DNA from: Oscillospiraceae bacterium
Lineage (GTDB): Bacteria; Bacillota; Clostridia; Oscillospirales; UBA929
DNA: 64,000 bases
NCBI GenBank assembly: GCA_009777475.1
Contig: WRLU01000006.1
Location: 5,863-69,862 of the forward strand
Direction: 5' to 3'
Within the stretch, counting starts at the first letter, position 1. Each line of letters opens with the position of its first letter. The translations under genes and the position numbers were made by a program. Of the stretch, positions 54,418 to 64,000 are shown piece after piece. Below the pieces are notes generated by a model. It ran no database searches and was not told the origin of the DNA. It saw nothing but the letters and a program-made list of their open reading frames with translations.

Positions 54418-54614
54418 TCGCTCCCCATTTTTCTGTTAATCTGTACATAATCAACACCCATGGGATATAATACTGCAGATTGTGCCGGATGTCAAATTTA
54501 GAGCGGGGTCTGCCTTGAAAATTTTATCCCTTACACAGCGAAAAAAATATTTACACCTTCGGTTTATTGTGCTAGAATAGAATTCATGAAATACAAAAGG
54601 AGGAACTGAGTTTT

Positions 54615-57600
54615 ATGTACAAGCAAACTATGGACGGAAACACCGCCGCGGCGCACGTTTCCTACGCTTTTACCGAGGTGGCCGGGATTTACCCTATTAC
54701 ACCCTCTTCGGTAATGGCTGAGCTGACAGACAAATGGTCGGCTGATGGACGCAAAAACATCTTCGGACAGCAGGTCAAGGTCGTTGAGATGCAGTCGGAG
54801 GCGGGTGCGGCAGGCACGGTGCACGGCAGCTTGGCTGCAGGTGCGCTAACCACCACATACACAGCCTCACAGGGTCTTTTGCTAATGATTCCCAATATGT
54901 TCAAAATGGCGGGTGAATTGCTTCCGGGCGTTATACATTGCTCGGCGCGTGCCCTGGCAAGCCATGCTCTCTCTATTTTCGGAGACCATTCCGATGTTAT
55001 GGCGTGCCGCCAAACGGGATTTGCCATGATGGCAGCTACAAATCCGCAGGAGGTCATGCACCTTGGGGCGGTATCTCATCTTTCGGCCATAAAGGGAAGG
55101 GTTCCATTCCTGCATTTCTTTGATGGGTTCCGCACATCCCATGAAATGCAGAAAATTGATGCTTGGGATAACGAAGAGCTGGCTGAGATGTGTGATTTTG
55201 ATGCGGTGCAGAAATTCCGGGACAATGCCCTCAATCCCGAACACCCGGTACTCAGGGGTACAGCTCAGAATCCGGATATTTTCTTCCAAGCAAGAGAAGC
55301 CTGCAACTCGTACTACGATAATTTGCCCTCTGTAGTAGAAGAGTACATGGATAAGGTCAACAAAAAATGCGGCACCGATTACAAGCTGTTTAACTACTAC
55401 GGCGCACCGGATGCCGACCGTGTGATTATCGCCATGGGCAGCGTTTGCGATACTATTGAGGAAACAATTGACTTCATGCTGGCACGCGGCGAAAAGGTCG
55501 GATTGGTTAAGGTCAGGCTGTACCGCCCATTTGTAGCTGAGAAATTTGCCGCTACCCTCCCCAAAACTGTTAAAAAAATTGCTATTCTAGACAGAACTAA
55601 AGAACCGGGTTCCTTGGGCGAACCGCTCTACCTTGACGTTGTTGCCGCTCTCAGCGAACAGGGCATAACGGGAGTAACCGTAGCTGGCGGGAGGTATGGC
55701 TTGGGTTCCAAGGATACCCCTCCGTCGAATATCCTGGCGGCTTACAAAAATTTGAATGCCGCCAGCCCCAAAATGAAATTTACCGTTGGCATTAACGATG
55801 ATGTGACAAATCTGTCACTCAACCTTGACGAAAACCCGGACACCACTCCCAATGATGTTATGTCCTGCAAATTCTGGGGTCTTGGTGCTGACGGTACGGT
55901 AGGGGCCAACAAAAACTCAATTAAAATCATAGGAGACCATACGCCAAAGAATGTCCAGGCGTATTTTGCCTATGACTCAAAAAAATCAGGCGGAGTGACC
56001 CTTTCTCATCTGCGTTTTGGCGAGTCTCCCATCAAGTCCACCTATTTTGTAAAGAAAGCCGATTTTGTTGCCTGCCATAGTCCCAGCTATGTTGACAAGT
56101 ACAAAATGGCAGAAGACATCAATCCGGGAGGAACCTTCTTGCTCAACTGCCACTGGGATATTGACGAGCTTGACACGCGTTTGCCTAATTCCATGAAAAA
56201 ATATCTAGCCGAAAACAACATCAAGGTGTATACCATTGACGGCATAGGCTTGGCGCGGGGCATCAACAAGCGCGGCTTGGGCGTAAACATGATTCTTCAG
56301 GCAGCATTTTTCAAGCTGACCGGAATCCTGCCCCTTGATGTTGCTGTTAAAGCCATGAAGGAGGCCGCGACAAAGGCATACAAAAGCAAGGGCGACAAGG
56401 TGGTTGAGGATAACCATAGGTGTATTGATGCCGGAATTGAAAATATCAACGAAATTGCTGTTCCTTCAGAATGGAAAAACATTTCGGGCGGCGATATGAA
56501 AAAGAAGGTCTCGGGCTCCAGAAAAGAAATGGTCGGGTTTATTGAGAATATGCTTATTCCAATCAACGCCTACCATGGGGACGACTTGCCTGTTTCGGCG
56601 TTTTCCGGCGTTGAAGACGGCACATTCCCCCAAGGATCTTCCGCTTATGAAAAGCGCGGTATCGCGGTAGACATTCCTGAGTGGGTCCCTGAAAACTGCA
56701 TACAGTGCAATCGTTGTGTGTATTTCTGTCCCCACGCGGTGGTGCGTCCCGCTGTTTTAGATGAGTCCGAGGTCAAGGCACTCCCCGCCGGGGCCAAGAC
56801 TATAAAAATGAACGGAAAAGGTCTGGAAAAATATCAATATATCCTAACCATGTCTCCCTTAGACTGTACCGGTTGCTCTGTTTGTGCCAGCGTTTGCCCT
56901 GCCAAGCAAAAAGCACTGGTTATGAAACCTTCTGATACACAAATTCCCAAACAAAAGGAATTTGATTATATCGTGGAGAATGTAACCGAAAAACCGGAGG
57001 TCAGCGAGGCCTTTAAGATTGAAACAGTTAAGGGGAGCCAGTTTAAACAACCCTTGCTTCAGTTCTCGGGAGCCTGCACAGGTTGCGGGGAGACCCCATA
57101 CGCCAAGCTGGTTACACAGCTTTACGGAGACAGGATGTATATAGGCAACGCCACCGGATGTTCCTCCATTTGGGGCGGTAGCGCACCATCAACACCATAT
57201 ACTGTGAATAAAGACGGAAAAGGCCCGGCTTGGGCAAACAGCCTCTTTGAAGATACAGCCGAATACAGCTATGGTATGGTGTTGGGCGTAAATCAGCGGC
57301 GTCAGCGGTTGGCTGAAAAGGTTAAAGCCTTAATTGCGCTTGATGTCTGCGGACCTGTCGAGGAAGCCGGGAAAGAATGGCTTGATGCCTTTAATGACGG
57401 AACAAGAACCCAGGCTGCCTCTAAAAAATTCATGGAAGCATTGGAGGCTTGTCCCTGCAAAAACGAGGATAAGCCTGAAATTGTTGGATTAGCCAAAGAG
57501 ATATTAACCGCCAGGGATGTATTGATTAAAAAGTCAATTTGGGCATTCGGCGGCGATGGTTGGGCATATGACATAGGCTTTGGCGGCCTTGACCATGTAA

Positions 57601-58187
57601 TAGCTTGTGAGGACGATATCAATATGCTGGTTTTCGACACCGAGGTGTATTCCAACACCGGAGGCCAGGCGTCAAAGGCCTCTCAAATCGGCCAGGTGGC
57701 TCAGTTCGCCTATTCGGGCAAGGTTCAGGCAAAAAAAAGTCTGGCGCAGATTGCCATGAGCTACGGCACGGTGTATGTGGCGCAGATCGCCATGGGTGCT
57801 GACTTCAACCAGACAATCAAAGCCATTACCGAAGCCGAAAGCTACCCAGGTCCTTCGATAGTTATAGCTTACTCGCCCTGTATTAACCATGGTATGAAGG
57901 GCGGTCTGAGCAACTGGGCAGAGCAGACCAAGCGAGCAGTTGAAGCGGGTTACTGGCATATGTTCCGTTTTGACCCAAGGCTCAAGGCTCAAGGAAAAAA
58001 CCCATTCCAGCTAGACTCAAAGGCTCCCAGCATGTCTTATAGGGATTTTATAGACAGCGAGGTTCGTTACACCAGATTGGCAAGGCAATTTCCGGAACGC
58101 GCCGAGGAGCTGTTTGCCAAGGCGGAAAAAGAGGCTCAGGAAAAATGGAAGGTCATCTCCAAATACGGCAAGCTGTTTGAAGATTGA
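54615..58187 (+). CDS. nifJ: Pyruvate:ferredoxin (flavodoxin) oxidoreductase
   Basis: 1190 aa with MDGNTAAAHVSYAFTEVAGIYPITPSS, two 4Fe-4S motifs (CIQCNRCVYFCP, CTGCSVCASVCP) and a TPP domain GGDGWAYDIG. Confidence 0.95.
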   Translation: MYKQTMDGNTAAAHVSYAFTEVAGIYPITPSSVMAELTDKWSADGRKNIFGQQVKVVEMQSEAGAAGTVHGSLAAGALTTTYTASQGLLLMIPNMFKMAGELLPGVIHCSARALASHALSIFGDHSDVMACRQTGFAMMAATNPQEVMHLGAVSHLSAIKGRVPFLHFFDGFRTSHEMQKIDAWDNEELAEMCDFDAVQKFRDNALNPEHPVLRGTAQNPDIFFQAREACNSYYDNLPSVVEEYMDKVNKKCGTDYKLFNYYGAPDADRVIIAMGSVCDTIEETIDFMLARGEKVGLVKVRLYRPFVAEKFAATLPKTVKKIAILDRTKEPGSLGEPLYLDVVAALSEQGITGVTVAGGRYGLGSKDTPPSNILAAYKNLNAASPKMKFTVGINDDVTNLSLNLDENPDTTPNDVMSCKFWGLGADGTVGANKNSIKIIGDHTPKNVQAYFAYDSKKSGGVTLSHLRFGESPIKSTYFVKKADFVACHSPSYVDKYKMAEDINPGGTFLLNCHWDIDELDTRLPNSMKKYLAENNIKVYTIDGIGLARGINKRGLGVNMILQAAFFKLTGILPLDVAVKAMKEAATKAYKSKGDKVVEDNHRCIDAGIENINEIAVPSEWKNISGGDMKKKVSGSRKEMVGFIENMLIPINAYHGDDLPVSAFSGVEDGTFPQGSSAYEKRGIAVDIPEWVPENCIQCNRCVYFCPHAVVRPAVLDESEVKALPAGAKTIKMNGKGLEKYQYILTMSPLDCTGCSVCASVCPAKQKALVMKPSDTQIPKQKEFDYIVENVTEKPEVSEAFKIETVKGSQFKQPLLQFSGACTGCGETPYAKLVTQLYGDRMYIGNATGCSSIWGGSAPSTPYTVNKDGKGPAWANSLFEDTAEYSYGMVLGVNQRRQRLAEKVKALIALDVCGPVEEAGKEWLDAFNDGTRTQAASKKFMEALEACPCKNEDKPEIVGLAKEILTARDVLIKKSIWAFGGDGWAYDIGFGGLDHVIACEDDINMLVFDTEVYSNTGGQASKASQIGQVAQFAYSGKVQAKKSLAQIAMSYGTVYVAQIAMGADFNQTIKAITEAESYPGPSIVIAYSPCINHGMKGGLSNWAEQTKRAVEAGYWHMFRFDPRLKAQGKNPFQLDSKAPSMSYRDFIDSEVRYTRLARQFPERAEELFAKAEKEAQEKWKVISKYGKLFED

Positions 58188-58208
58188 TTTAGTTAGCGTC
58201 AAAGGACC

Positions 58209-58244
58209 GGCGGCGCAGTGAGTCCCATTGCGCCGCCGCTTTTT
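58209..58244 (+). terminator. Intrinsic terminator after nifJ
   Basis: GGCGGCGCAgtgagtcccatTGCGCCGCC, followed by GCTTTTT. Confidence 0.75.
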
Positions 58245-58293
58245 CGGCAAAATCCCCCTGCCTGAGTATGTTACATTAGGGGTTGACATCAGG

Positions 58294-59412
58294 CTATTCT
58301 CCTGGCAGATACCCATTGTAAATATAATCGCACAGCAAACCGGCAGGATCGGCAGGAACAAATTTCTTAGCGGCATTTCTCATATTTTCCAATAGCTGGG
58401 GCTGCTCGATGACCATCATGCACAACTCGTGTACAGGCATGTTTTTTGTCGCCTGCATAGCTAATCCGGCATTAACAAGATAGTCGCTGTTTTCTTCCTC
58501 CTGCCCTGGGATGGGTGCTGTCAAAATCAGCCCTTTGCCCTTGCTGAGTGCCTCTGAGGATGAAAGACCCCCAGGCTTAGTTACAACAAAATCGGAAGCA
58601 TCAAGCATAACATCAATGTTTTCAGCAAATCCATAGACATGAACGGGAACCGGGTGTAAGCTGTTTTCCAGCATAATCTTCTGCTTGATATTCCTCCCGC
58701 AAACACATAATATCTGCAAATCATGGCCGCACCCGGCAATCCGGGCAACGGTGGCTGCCATGTTACCAAAGCCCATACTTCCTGACATAATCAATGCGGT
58801 GGGAAGCTCGGTGTTTACGCCAAGCAGCTGACGCGCACGTTCCTTGGGTATGCTTTGGGTGAACCTCTTTTCAATCGGGATGCCGATAGGCAGTAAAATT
58901 TCAGAAGGAAGCCCTCTTTGACGGCAACGAGGAAGTATTAACTCACCGCACACTGCTAACTTTTCTATATTTTTTACGTCCTCCCAGAATGGATGGAGGG
59001 TGTAGTCGGTGACAATACCTATGTGCCGCACAGAAAAAGGTTTTTTTTGAATCATCTTGTCTAAGATTAATGCTCCTAGAACATGAGTGGTAATGATAAC
59101 ATCAGGCTTGCCGTCCCGAAAACAGCTGTATAACTTATTGGAGAAAAGAGGGGTTTTAGTGATGGTGGATATAATGCTTCGCACTGAGCTGTCTTTTTGC
59201 AGTGCGTGGTAAAAGTGACCGAATTGCCTTGGAATACGCTGTATGCCTATTCTGTATCCTTGATCCACTGTTGTGTACAGAGGTTTTCCCAAGTATTTGA
59301 GAATATCCATGACCTCGACCATAGCACCCCGGCTTTCAAACTCCTGCTTGATAGCCTGGGCGGCGGCATGGTGTCCCTGTCCGGCAGTGACAGAAAGAAT
59401 CAGTACCTTCAT
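58294..59412 (-). CDS. Diacylglycerol glycosyltransferase (MGDG-synthase / GT28 family, UgtP-like)
   Basis: MKVLILSVTAGQGHHAAAQAI N-terminus plus a C-terminal GT28 domain (VTKPGGLSSSEAL). Confidence 0.8.
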   Translation of the reverse strand: MKVLILSVTAGQGHHAAAQAIKQEFESRGAMVEVMDILKYLGKPLYTTVDQGYRIGIQRIPRQFGHFYHALQKDSSVRSIISTITKTPLFSNKLYSCFRDGKPDVIITTHVLGALILDKMIQKKPFSVRHIGIVTDYTLHPFWEDVKNIEKLAVCGELILPRCRQRGLPSEILLPIGIPIEKRFTQSIPKERARQLLGVNTELPTALIMSGSMGFGNMAATVARIAGCGHDLQILCVCGRNIKQKIMLENSLHPVPVHVYGFAENIDVMLDASDFVVTKPGGLSSSEALSKGKGLILTAPIPGQEEENSDYLVNAGLAMQATKNMPVHELCMMVIEQPQLLENMRNAAKKFVPADPAGLLCDYIYNGYLPGE

Positions 59413-59448
59413 AAAATCACATCCTTTCTATACCAATTATTTAAAAGA

Positions 59449-59490
59449 GGGCGTTTTCCCTCCGCGTACAATAGCTTCGGGAAAACGCCC
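59449..59490 (-). terminator. Intrinsic terminator after spoVG
   Basis: On the minus strand: GGGCGTTTTCCC, 18-nt loop, GGGAAAACGCCC, followed by TCTTTTAAA. Confidence 0.7.
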
Positions 59491-59534
59491 GTTGCATGGA
59501 ACCCCTTTTTATTCCCTCAGCCAAAGATTTTTTT

Positions 59535-59906
59535 TCAGACATCTTCAGGTGTGTCATCTGTTTTTTCTTCAGCTTCTTCGCCCTCGCTAGCTTCATTGCC
59601 GGACATATCCGGTTGGCCTTGGGTCTGTTCCTGTTTTTGAGCCTTTTCCTGCTCCTGCATCTGCGAAAATTGTTCCAGTATGCTTTGCTCCAAAGCGGTG
59701 CGTGCCTCTGCATTGATGGGATGTACTATGTCCCGGAATGTTCCGTCCGGCATTTTTCTTGATGGCATGGCTAAAAAACACCTCTCGGGACCGTCAATGA
59801 TTTTTACATCATGTACAACAAACGCATTGTCAAAGGTAACTGAAACAACAGCTCTCATGCGTCCGCCTTCCGGGGTTTGGGTGATTTTAACTTGAGTAAT
59901 ATTCAT
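59535..59906 (-). CDS. spoVG: Septation/regulatory protein SpoVG with acidic C-terminal tail
   Basis: MNITQVKI..MRAVVSVTFDNAFVVHDVKIIDG..FLAMPSRK..DGTFRDIVHPIN. Confidence 0.93.
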   Translation of the reverse strand: MNITQVKITQTPEGGRMRAVVSVTFDNAFVVHDVKIIDGPERCFLAMPSRKMPDGTFRDIVHPINAEARTALEQSILEQFSQMQEQEKAQKQEQTQGQPDMSGNEASEGEEAEEKTDDTPEDV

Positions 59907-60008
59907 AAGCGTATCCTCCTAAATGTTTTTTCTCCCGGCAATTTTTATTTTTTTGGGTAACCGGGGTGGTAGTTTTCCCTAATTGCCATATTCTATGTAT
60001 ACAACAAT

Positions 60009-61409
60009 TTGCTTTGGGAAGGTGATTTTTTGGAAAAGACTGAAATCAGAAGGCTCCTTGCACCGGGCAACCGGGTGCATCTGATTGGTGTGGGCGGGGT
60101 ATCCATGTCTGCGTTGGCTGAGGTTTTACAAAGACGAGGGCTGATTGTGACCGGTTCCGACCGTTGCCAGAGGCAAGCCCTTGAACGGCTTACCGAGATC
60201 GGTTTGAGGATTGCTATGGGCGAGAGGCCTTCACTTATTGCCGGCTGCGCCGCCGTAATACGGACGGCTGCCGCCAAGGATGACAATCCGGAGGTGATAG
60301 AAACCCGCCGCCTAAACCTGCCTCTGCTGGAACGGGCAGAGGCCTGGGGAGCTTTGATGTTAGAGTACGAGAGTGCCGTTTGTATAGCGGGAACTCACGG
60401 AAAAACAACAACCACAGGGATGCTTGCACACATCACGATAGGTGCCGGACTTGACCCTACCATTATGCTTGGGGGACACCTCCCGCTGCTTGGCGCAGGG
60501 CATAGGGTGGGACGAGGTAATACCATTATACTTGAGTCATGTGAATATTGCAACTCTTTTCATCATTTTTCTCCAAACGTTGCCGTATTACTAAATATAG
60601 AACCCGACCATATGGATTTTTTTACTGGACTGGAGGACATATTGAAATCGTTTCGGACCTTTGCCGGGTCAGTTGGTAACGGTGGATTTTTAATCGGAAA
60701 CGGTGATGATGAAAATGTTCGTTCCGTGCTAGAGGGCTTTAGCTCTGTCATATGGTTTGGAACGGAAGACAGTGCCGATATTACCCTTGAGGATGTAAAA
60801 ATCATTGATGGCTGCTGGCAATTCAGGGTAGTGTCAAAGGGCAGTTATTACGCGGAGGTTTTCCTGAAGGTACCGGGCCGGCACAATGCACTGAACGCCT
60901 TAGCCGCCGCCGCTGTGGGATACGCTTTGGGTTTGCCGGGGAAAGAGGTTGGCGAGGGCATCTCCTGCTTCACCGGGGTGTCACGGCGCATGGAATACGT
61001 GGGGCAGATAAACGGTGCCGATATTTATGATGATTACGCCCATCATCCGACCGAAATAAAAGCCGCACTAGAGACAGTCCGATCAATGGGTAAAAAAAGG
61101 GTTATTTGCGCCTTCCAGCCCCACACATATACACGTACAAAGACCTTTTTCAACGATTTCGTAGATATCCTTAGTGTGTGCGACAAGTTGTATCTTTCCG
61201 AAATCTACGCCGCCCGGGAGCTTAACCCGGGTGACATTTCTTCCGATATGTTAGCCGAAAAAATACCCGGTGCCCAGAGCTTTAACGACTTTGACGCCTT
61301 GGCGGATGCCATACGCCGGGAAGCCGGGGCAGGAGACATAATACTCACAGCCGGGGCAGGAGACATTAACAAGGTCGCGCAGATGCTGAGTGAAACCTAC
61401 CGGAGTTAA
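60009..61409 (+). CDS. murC: UDP-N-acetylmuramate--L-alanine ligase
   Basis: HLIGVGGVSMSALAEVL and GTHGKTTTTGML. Track TTG start is 60009; the alternative is TTG 60030 (GGAAGGTG RBS). Confidence 0.92.
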   Translation: MLWEGDFLEKTEIRRLLAPGNRVHLIGVGGVSMSALAEVLQRRGLIVTGSDRCQRQALERLTEIGLRIAMGERPSLIAGCAAVIRTAAAKDDNPEVIETRRLNLPLLERAEAWGALMLEYESAVCIAGTHGKTTTTGMLAHITIGAGLDPTIMLGGHLPLLGAGHRVGRGNTIILESCEYCNSFHHFSPNVAVLLNIEPDHMDFFTGLEDILKSFRTFAGSVGNGGFLIGNGDDENVRSVLEGFSSVIWFGTEDSADITLEDVKIIDGCWQFRVVSKGSYYAEVFLKVPGRHNALNALAAAAVGYALGLPGKEVGEGISCFTGVSRRMEYVGQINGADIYDDYAHHPTEIKAALETVRSMGKKRVICAFQPHTYTRTKTFFNDFVDILSVCDKLYLSEIYAARELNPGDISSDMLAEKIPGAQSFNDFDALADAIRREAGAGDIILTAGAGDINKVAQMLSETYRS

Positions 61410-62353
61410 TCGGAGCTGCTTGACGGGCTTTTCTTTTTGCTGTAGTCGCCAATAATTAAATCAAGGTTTTCCCCAGCCATGACCTCGGGAAGAACGCCGT
61501 CCCATTTTTCATAAAAGGTCTGGCGCAGCATAGCATCCTTTACCTCGGCTGACAGCTTGCTCCAAGCAGATTGCATGATTTGCAGAGCCTCGGCGTCTCC
61601 ATTGGCTTTTGCCACAGCAGCTAATGCTTCTCTTTCTGCTACCTCTAACTGTTCGTCAGCTTTGATTATGGCACGTTCCTTGTCATATTCGCTCCTGAGC
61701 TTTTCCTGTTCAGCAACCATTTTCTGCTCAACTGCATTTTCAAAGGCTTCATTGAATGAAATATCCTCCAAGGCTACAGTGCCTATTGTGACATGATAGG
61801 CACCTAAGGACGATTCAATCCTCTCTTTAATCTCGCCGCTTAAGGCTGAACGGCTTTCCACAATCAGCATGGCACCCTTGTCGGAAAATACGCTTTTAGC
61901 GCGCTCGACAATAATTGCCTTGAGTTTTTCCTCCAATACGGCAATTGTACCGTACTGCCGGTTGATTTCAATAACCTTATCCTGCTCTATCTGATACTGG
62001 ACAGCTAATCTTCCTGTAACAGTTTGTGCATCCTTGCTATACGCCTGAAGCGATTCCAGGTCAATTTGACGAGTTTTAACATCGTAAATATCTATCGTAT
62101 CGGTTAGCCATAGCCTGAAGTTTATGCCGGGGTGTACTGTGCTTTTTGCTTCGCCGAATACCTTGACTACCCCTATTTCACCTGTATTAACAGAAAAAAT
62201 AGACATAGGCACAACCGCCAGCAATACAAGGAAAACAGCAGACAGGACTGTTAGAGTATTTCGCTTCGGCCCCCTGTCGGCCTTATAGGCTAACGCAAAG
62301 CCCCCTGCCGTAAGCACGATTAAGATAAACGAGATTATAAATTTTATAGCCAT
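61406..62353 (-). CDS. SPFH/band-7 (prohibitin-family) membrane protein
   Basis: N-terminal TM helices, an SPFH core (GEIGVVKVFGEA.., VTIGTVALEDISF) and a coiled-coil tail. Confidence 0.8.
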   Translation of the reverse strand: MAIKFIISFILIVLTAGGFALAYKADRGPKRNTLTVLSAVFLVLLAVVPMSIFSVNTGEIGVVKVFGEAKSTVHPGINFRLWLTDTIDIYDVKTRQIDLESLQAYSKDAQTVTGRLAVQYQIEQDKVIEINRQYGTIAVLEEKLKAIIVERAKSVFSDKGAMLIVESRSALSGEIKERIESSLGAYHVTIGTVALEDISFNEAFENAVEQKMVAEQEKLRSEYDKERAIIKADEQLEVAEREALAAVAKANGDAEALQIMQSAWSKLSAEVKDAMLRQTFYEKWDGVLPEVMAGENLDLIIGDYSKKKSPSSSSD

Positions 62354-62382
62354 GTGTTTTTACGCTCCTTTTTGTTGGATTA

Positions 62383-64000
62383 TTATTCTGCTGATGATGA
62401 TGAGGTTGGCGAGGGCGGTGGGGTTTCCGGCATTTTTGTTGGAGGAATGACTGTTTGGACTGGCGGATTTACCGTTGGCTTTGGCGAGGGATTAGGTTTT
62501 TTTGGCTTTGGAGTTGGTTTAGGCTTGGGGGATGGTTTGGGTTTGGGAACCTTTTTTTTGTCTTTTTTAGGCTCTGGAGTTGGGGGTGGCAGTTTCATAA
62601 TGTCGAGTGGATTTAATGATGACCGGAAAGAAATTACTCCATTTTTTTCAACTGCTACTCTCCAAACATTTCTGACAGACCCCTTGTGAAGTGTGATTCG
62701 GTCGGCTGTGCCGTCTAGAGAGAGAGGCTCGGGGTCAATGGCATATTCTTCAGTTATCTTGAATTCATTTTTTTTGGCATCACCCTTTGCTTTTTTCTCG
62801 TCACCCTTAGTTTTCGGCAAGGGGGTGGGAATAGGGATTTCCAGACCTTTTCGTGCCGTGAATACTTTTTTCTTATCTATATCATGAAATACCAAAAGGC
62901 TTACCCCATCATTAACGGCAAATCCAATAGGGCGGAGCCTTAGAGAGCCATCCACCGTCAAAAGCTTCTCGGCATGGCGGCCATCTAAACGGACACGGTG
63001 AATAGCCTGGCCTTTAGACTCCTTAACGGTATAAAGCAACCAAGGGGTATCCCCCTCCATTGCCAAAAGCGGCCAATGGGCATCCTGGCCACTAGGGGTA
63101 ATGGGGGCTTGCTTTACCAGGGACATCTCCCTGTCGGGACGCAAGGAGCTAAGAAGATAAATACCCTTCTCATAACCTATTCCGCCCGAGGCAAAATAAG
63201 TATTGCCGCCGGGCAATGTCAAGGTACTTAGCCAGCTAAAGTTACGAGGGTCATCAACAAAAATATCCCCCGGCATGGGGTAAGGGCCTTGCACTGAATT
63301 TCCGGGACCCACATAGTAAACAATTCTGTCTTTACTCGTTTTTTGATAATAATAGGTTTTGCCGGTTGAGGCACTGTATCCAACGGTCGTCTGTCTTGCC
63401 GGAATTTCAGATAAATTTTTCTGATCAGGTATTTTGTAGGCCTTTTGTTTTTGGTTGAGGGAAAAAGTGACCTTGGGCATCTTTTCGTGAGGACGCAGAC
63501 GGCGGGCATGTACCACAAACCGGGCATCTGCCAAGCTTGAAACATAGTCACAGGTTGACAGGGTAATAATTCGGTCATCCGGCGTGACCTCCAGGTCGCA
63601 GTTAAAGCTGCTGCGGGAACGCATGTCTTTGATCATGGAGTCAAAGGCTTTTTTGTCTTTCCCAATATCTGTGTATCCGGCGGACATTTCACAGGTATAT
63701 GCGGAAAAAATAATCCAGCTTGTTTTCCCGGTAAGGCTGTCAAGCTCTAAAATGTGTGAACGTTGAAGATTGTTAAGCGAGGCTTGGTTTTTTTGCTTGT
63801 AAGCGCGGGTAAGCGCACCGAACATCTTGCCGCTCCGCATATGATGGGCGTAGAGCAGGGTGTTTCTGTCCATTAAAAGCGGATCATTGCGCCAATCCAT
63901 GAAAACAACGCCGAAGGCATCGTTTTTTTTCTCTATGTTACGGTATAAGTAATAATCATTGTCTCTGCCCTGGACAAACGGAAGTGCTGACATAATCCCG
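62383..64000 (-). CDS. Class B sortase domain fused to a ~370-aa C-terminal extension ending in a Pro/Lys-rich tail (5' end outside window)
   Basis: VQGRDNDYYL, LLYAHHMRSGKMFG and ITLSTCDY (catalytic Cys) are SrtB-type motifs. The reading frame is still open at nt 64000. The extension has no family I recognise. Tail: PPPTPEPKKDKKKVPKPKPSPKPKPTPKPKKPNPSPKP. Confidence 0.7.
   Translation of the reverse strand, partial: GIMSALPFVQGRDNDYYLYRNIEKKNDAFGVVFMDWRNDPLLMDRNTLLYAHHMRSGKMFGALTRAYKQKNQASLNNLQRSHILELDSLTGKTSWIIFSAYTCEMSAGYTDIGKDKKAFDSMIKDMRSRSSFNCDLEVTPDDRIITLSTCDYVSSLADARFVVHARRLRPHEKMPKVTFSLNQKQKAYKIPDQKNLSEIPARQTTVGYSASTGKTYYYQKTSKDRIVYYVGPGNSVQGPYPMPGDIFVDDPRNFSWLSTLTLPGGNTYFASGGIGYEKGIYLLSSLRPDREMSLVKQAPITPSGQDAHWPLLAMEGDTPWLLYTVKESKGQAIHRVRLDGRHAEKLLTVDGSLRLRPIGFAVNDGVSLLVFHDIDKKKVFTARKGLEIPIPTPLPKTKGDEKKAKGDAKKNEFKITEEYAIDPEPLSLDGTADRITLHKGSVRNVWRVAVEKNGVISFRSSLNPLDIMKLPPPTPEPKKDKKKVPKPKPSPKPKPTPKPKKPNPSPKPTVNPPVQTVIPPTKMPETPPPSPTSSSSAE

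Noticed and set aside
62354-62689. Gly-rich 111-aa plus-strand ORF (GLGFFGFGVGLGLGDGLGLG).
   Set aside because: It is the antisense image of the Pro/Lys-rich tail of the sortase-fusion gene, so it is a compositional artefact.
1-64000. tRNA, rRNA, tmRNA, RNase P, CRISPR arrays, IS elements and prophage genes.
   Set aside because: I did not recognise any by eye. This is absence of evidence from manual reading only, and tRNAscan, Infernal and ISfinder scans would be needed to be sure.

Overview
This window looks like a chromosomal segment of a spore-forming Clostridia-type Firmicute, with roughly 50% or higher G+C in housekeeping genes. That figure is a hand estimate only. About 58 protein genes can be supported.

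Core content:
- Left arm, minus strand: yqfC-yqfD, then an almost gap-free block parA-MATE-parB-serS-[R-M islet]-malQ, then a NodB deacetylase and a truncated fruK.
- Plus strand: ptsH, uvrC, rsmD, coaD, lon, engB, lysA, hisHF.
- Further right: folD-fhs, lgt, hpf, yceD-rpmF, proS, dac, scpA, PFOR, spoVG, murC.
- A perfect parS site sits upstream of parA.

Accessory or unusual content:
1. An AT-rich three-gene islet at 28.36-30.94 kb. It encodes an orphan atypical OmpR-type regulator, an IbrA-like PP-loop/PAPS-reductase-fold enzyme and an IbrB-like ParB/DGxHR-fold protein. I rank this as the best candidate for an uncharacterised nucleic-acid modification, defence or regulatory system.
2. A very AT-rich two-gene cassette wedged between serS and malQ. 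It encodes a phage-Dam-like m6A methyltransferase and an unrecognised PD-(D/E)xK-like protein.
3. Three giant secreted repeat proteins. Two of them share an unassigned C-terminal module of about 300 aa. They are accompanied by a small membrane zinc-ribbon protein and an RCC1 propeller with a hyper-basic tail.
4. A histidine-kinase-like protein without the phospho-acceptor His, in an operon with a HisZ-like protein.
5. A sortase B fused to a long C-terminal extension at the right edge.

I recognised no rRNA, tRNA, CRISPR array, transposase or integrase.

All calls come from reading the ORF translations and the DNA by eye. Coordinates of small motifs may be off by a few nt, and no database search was run.
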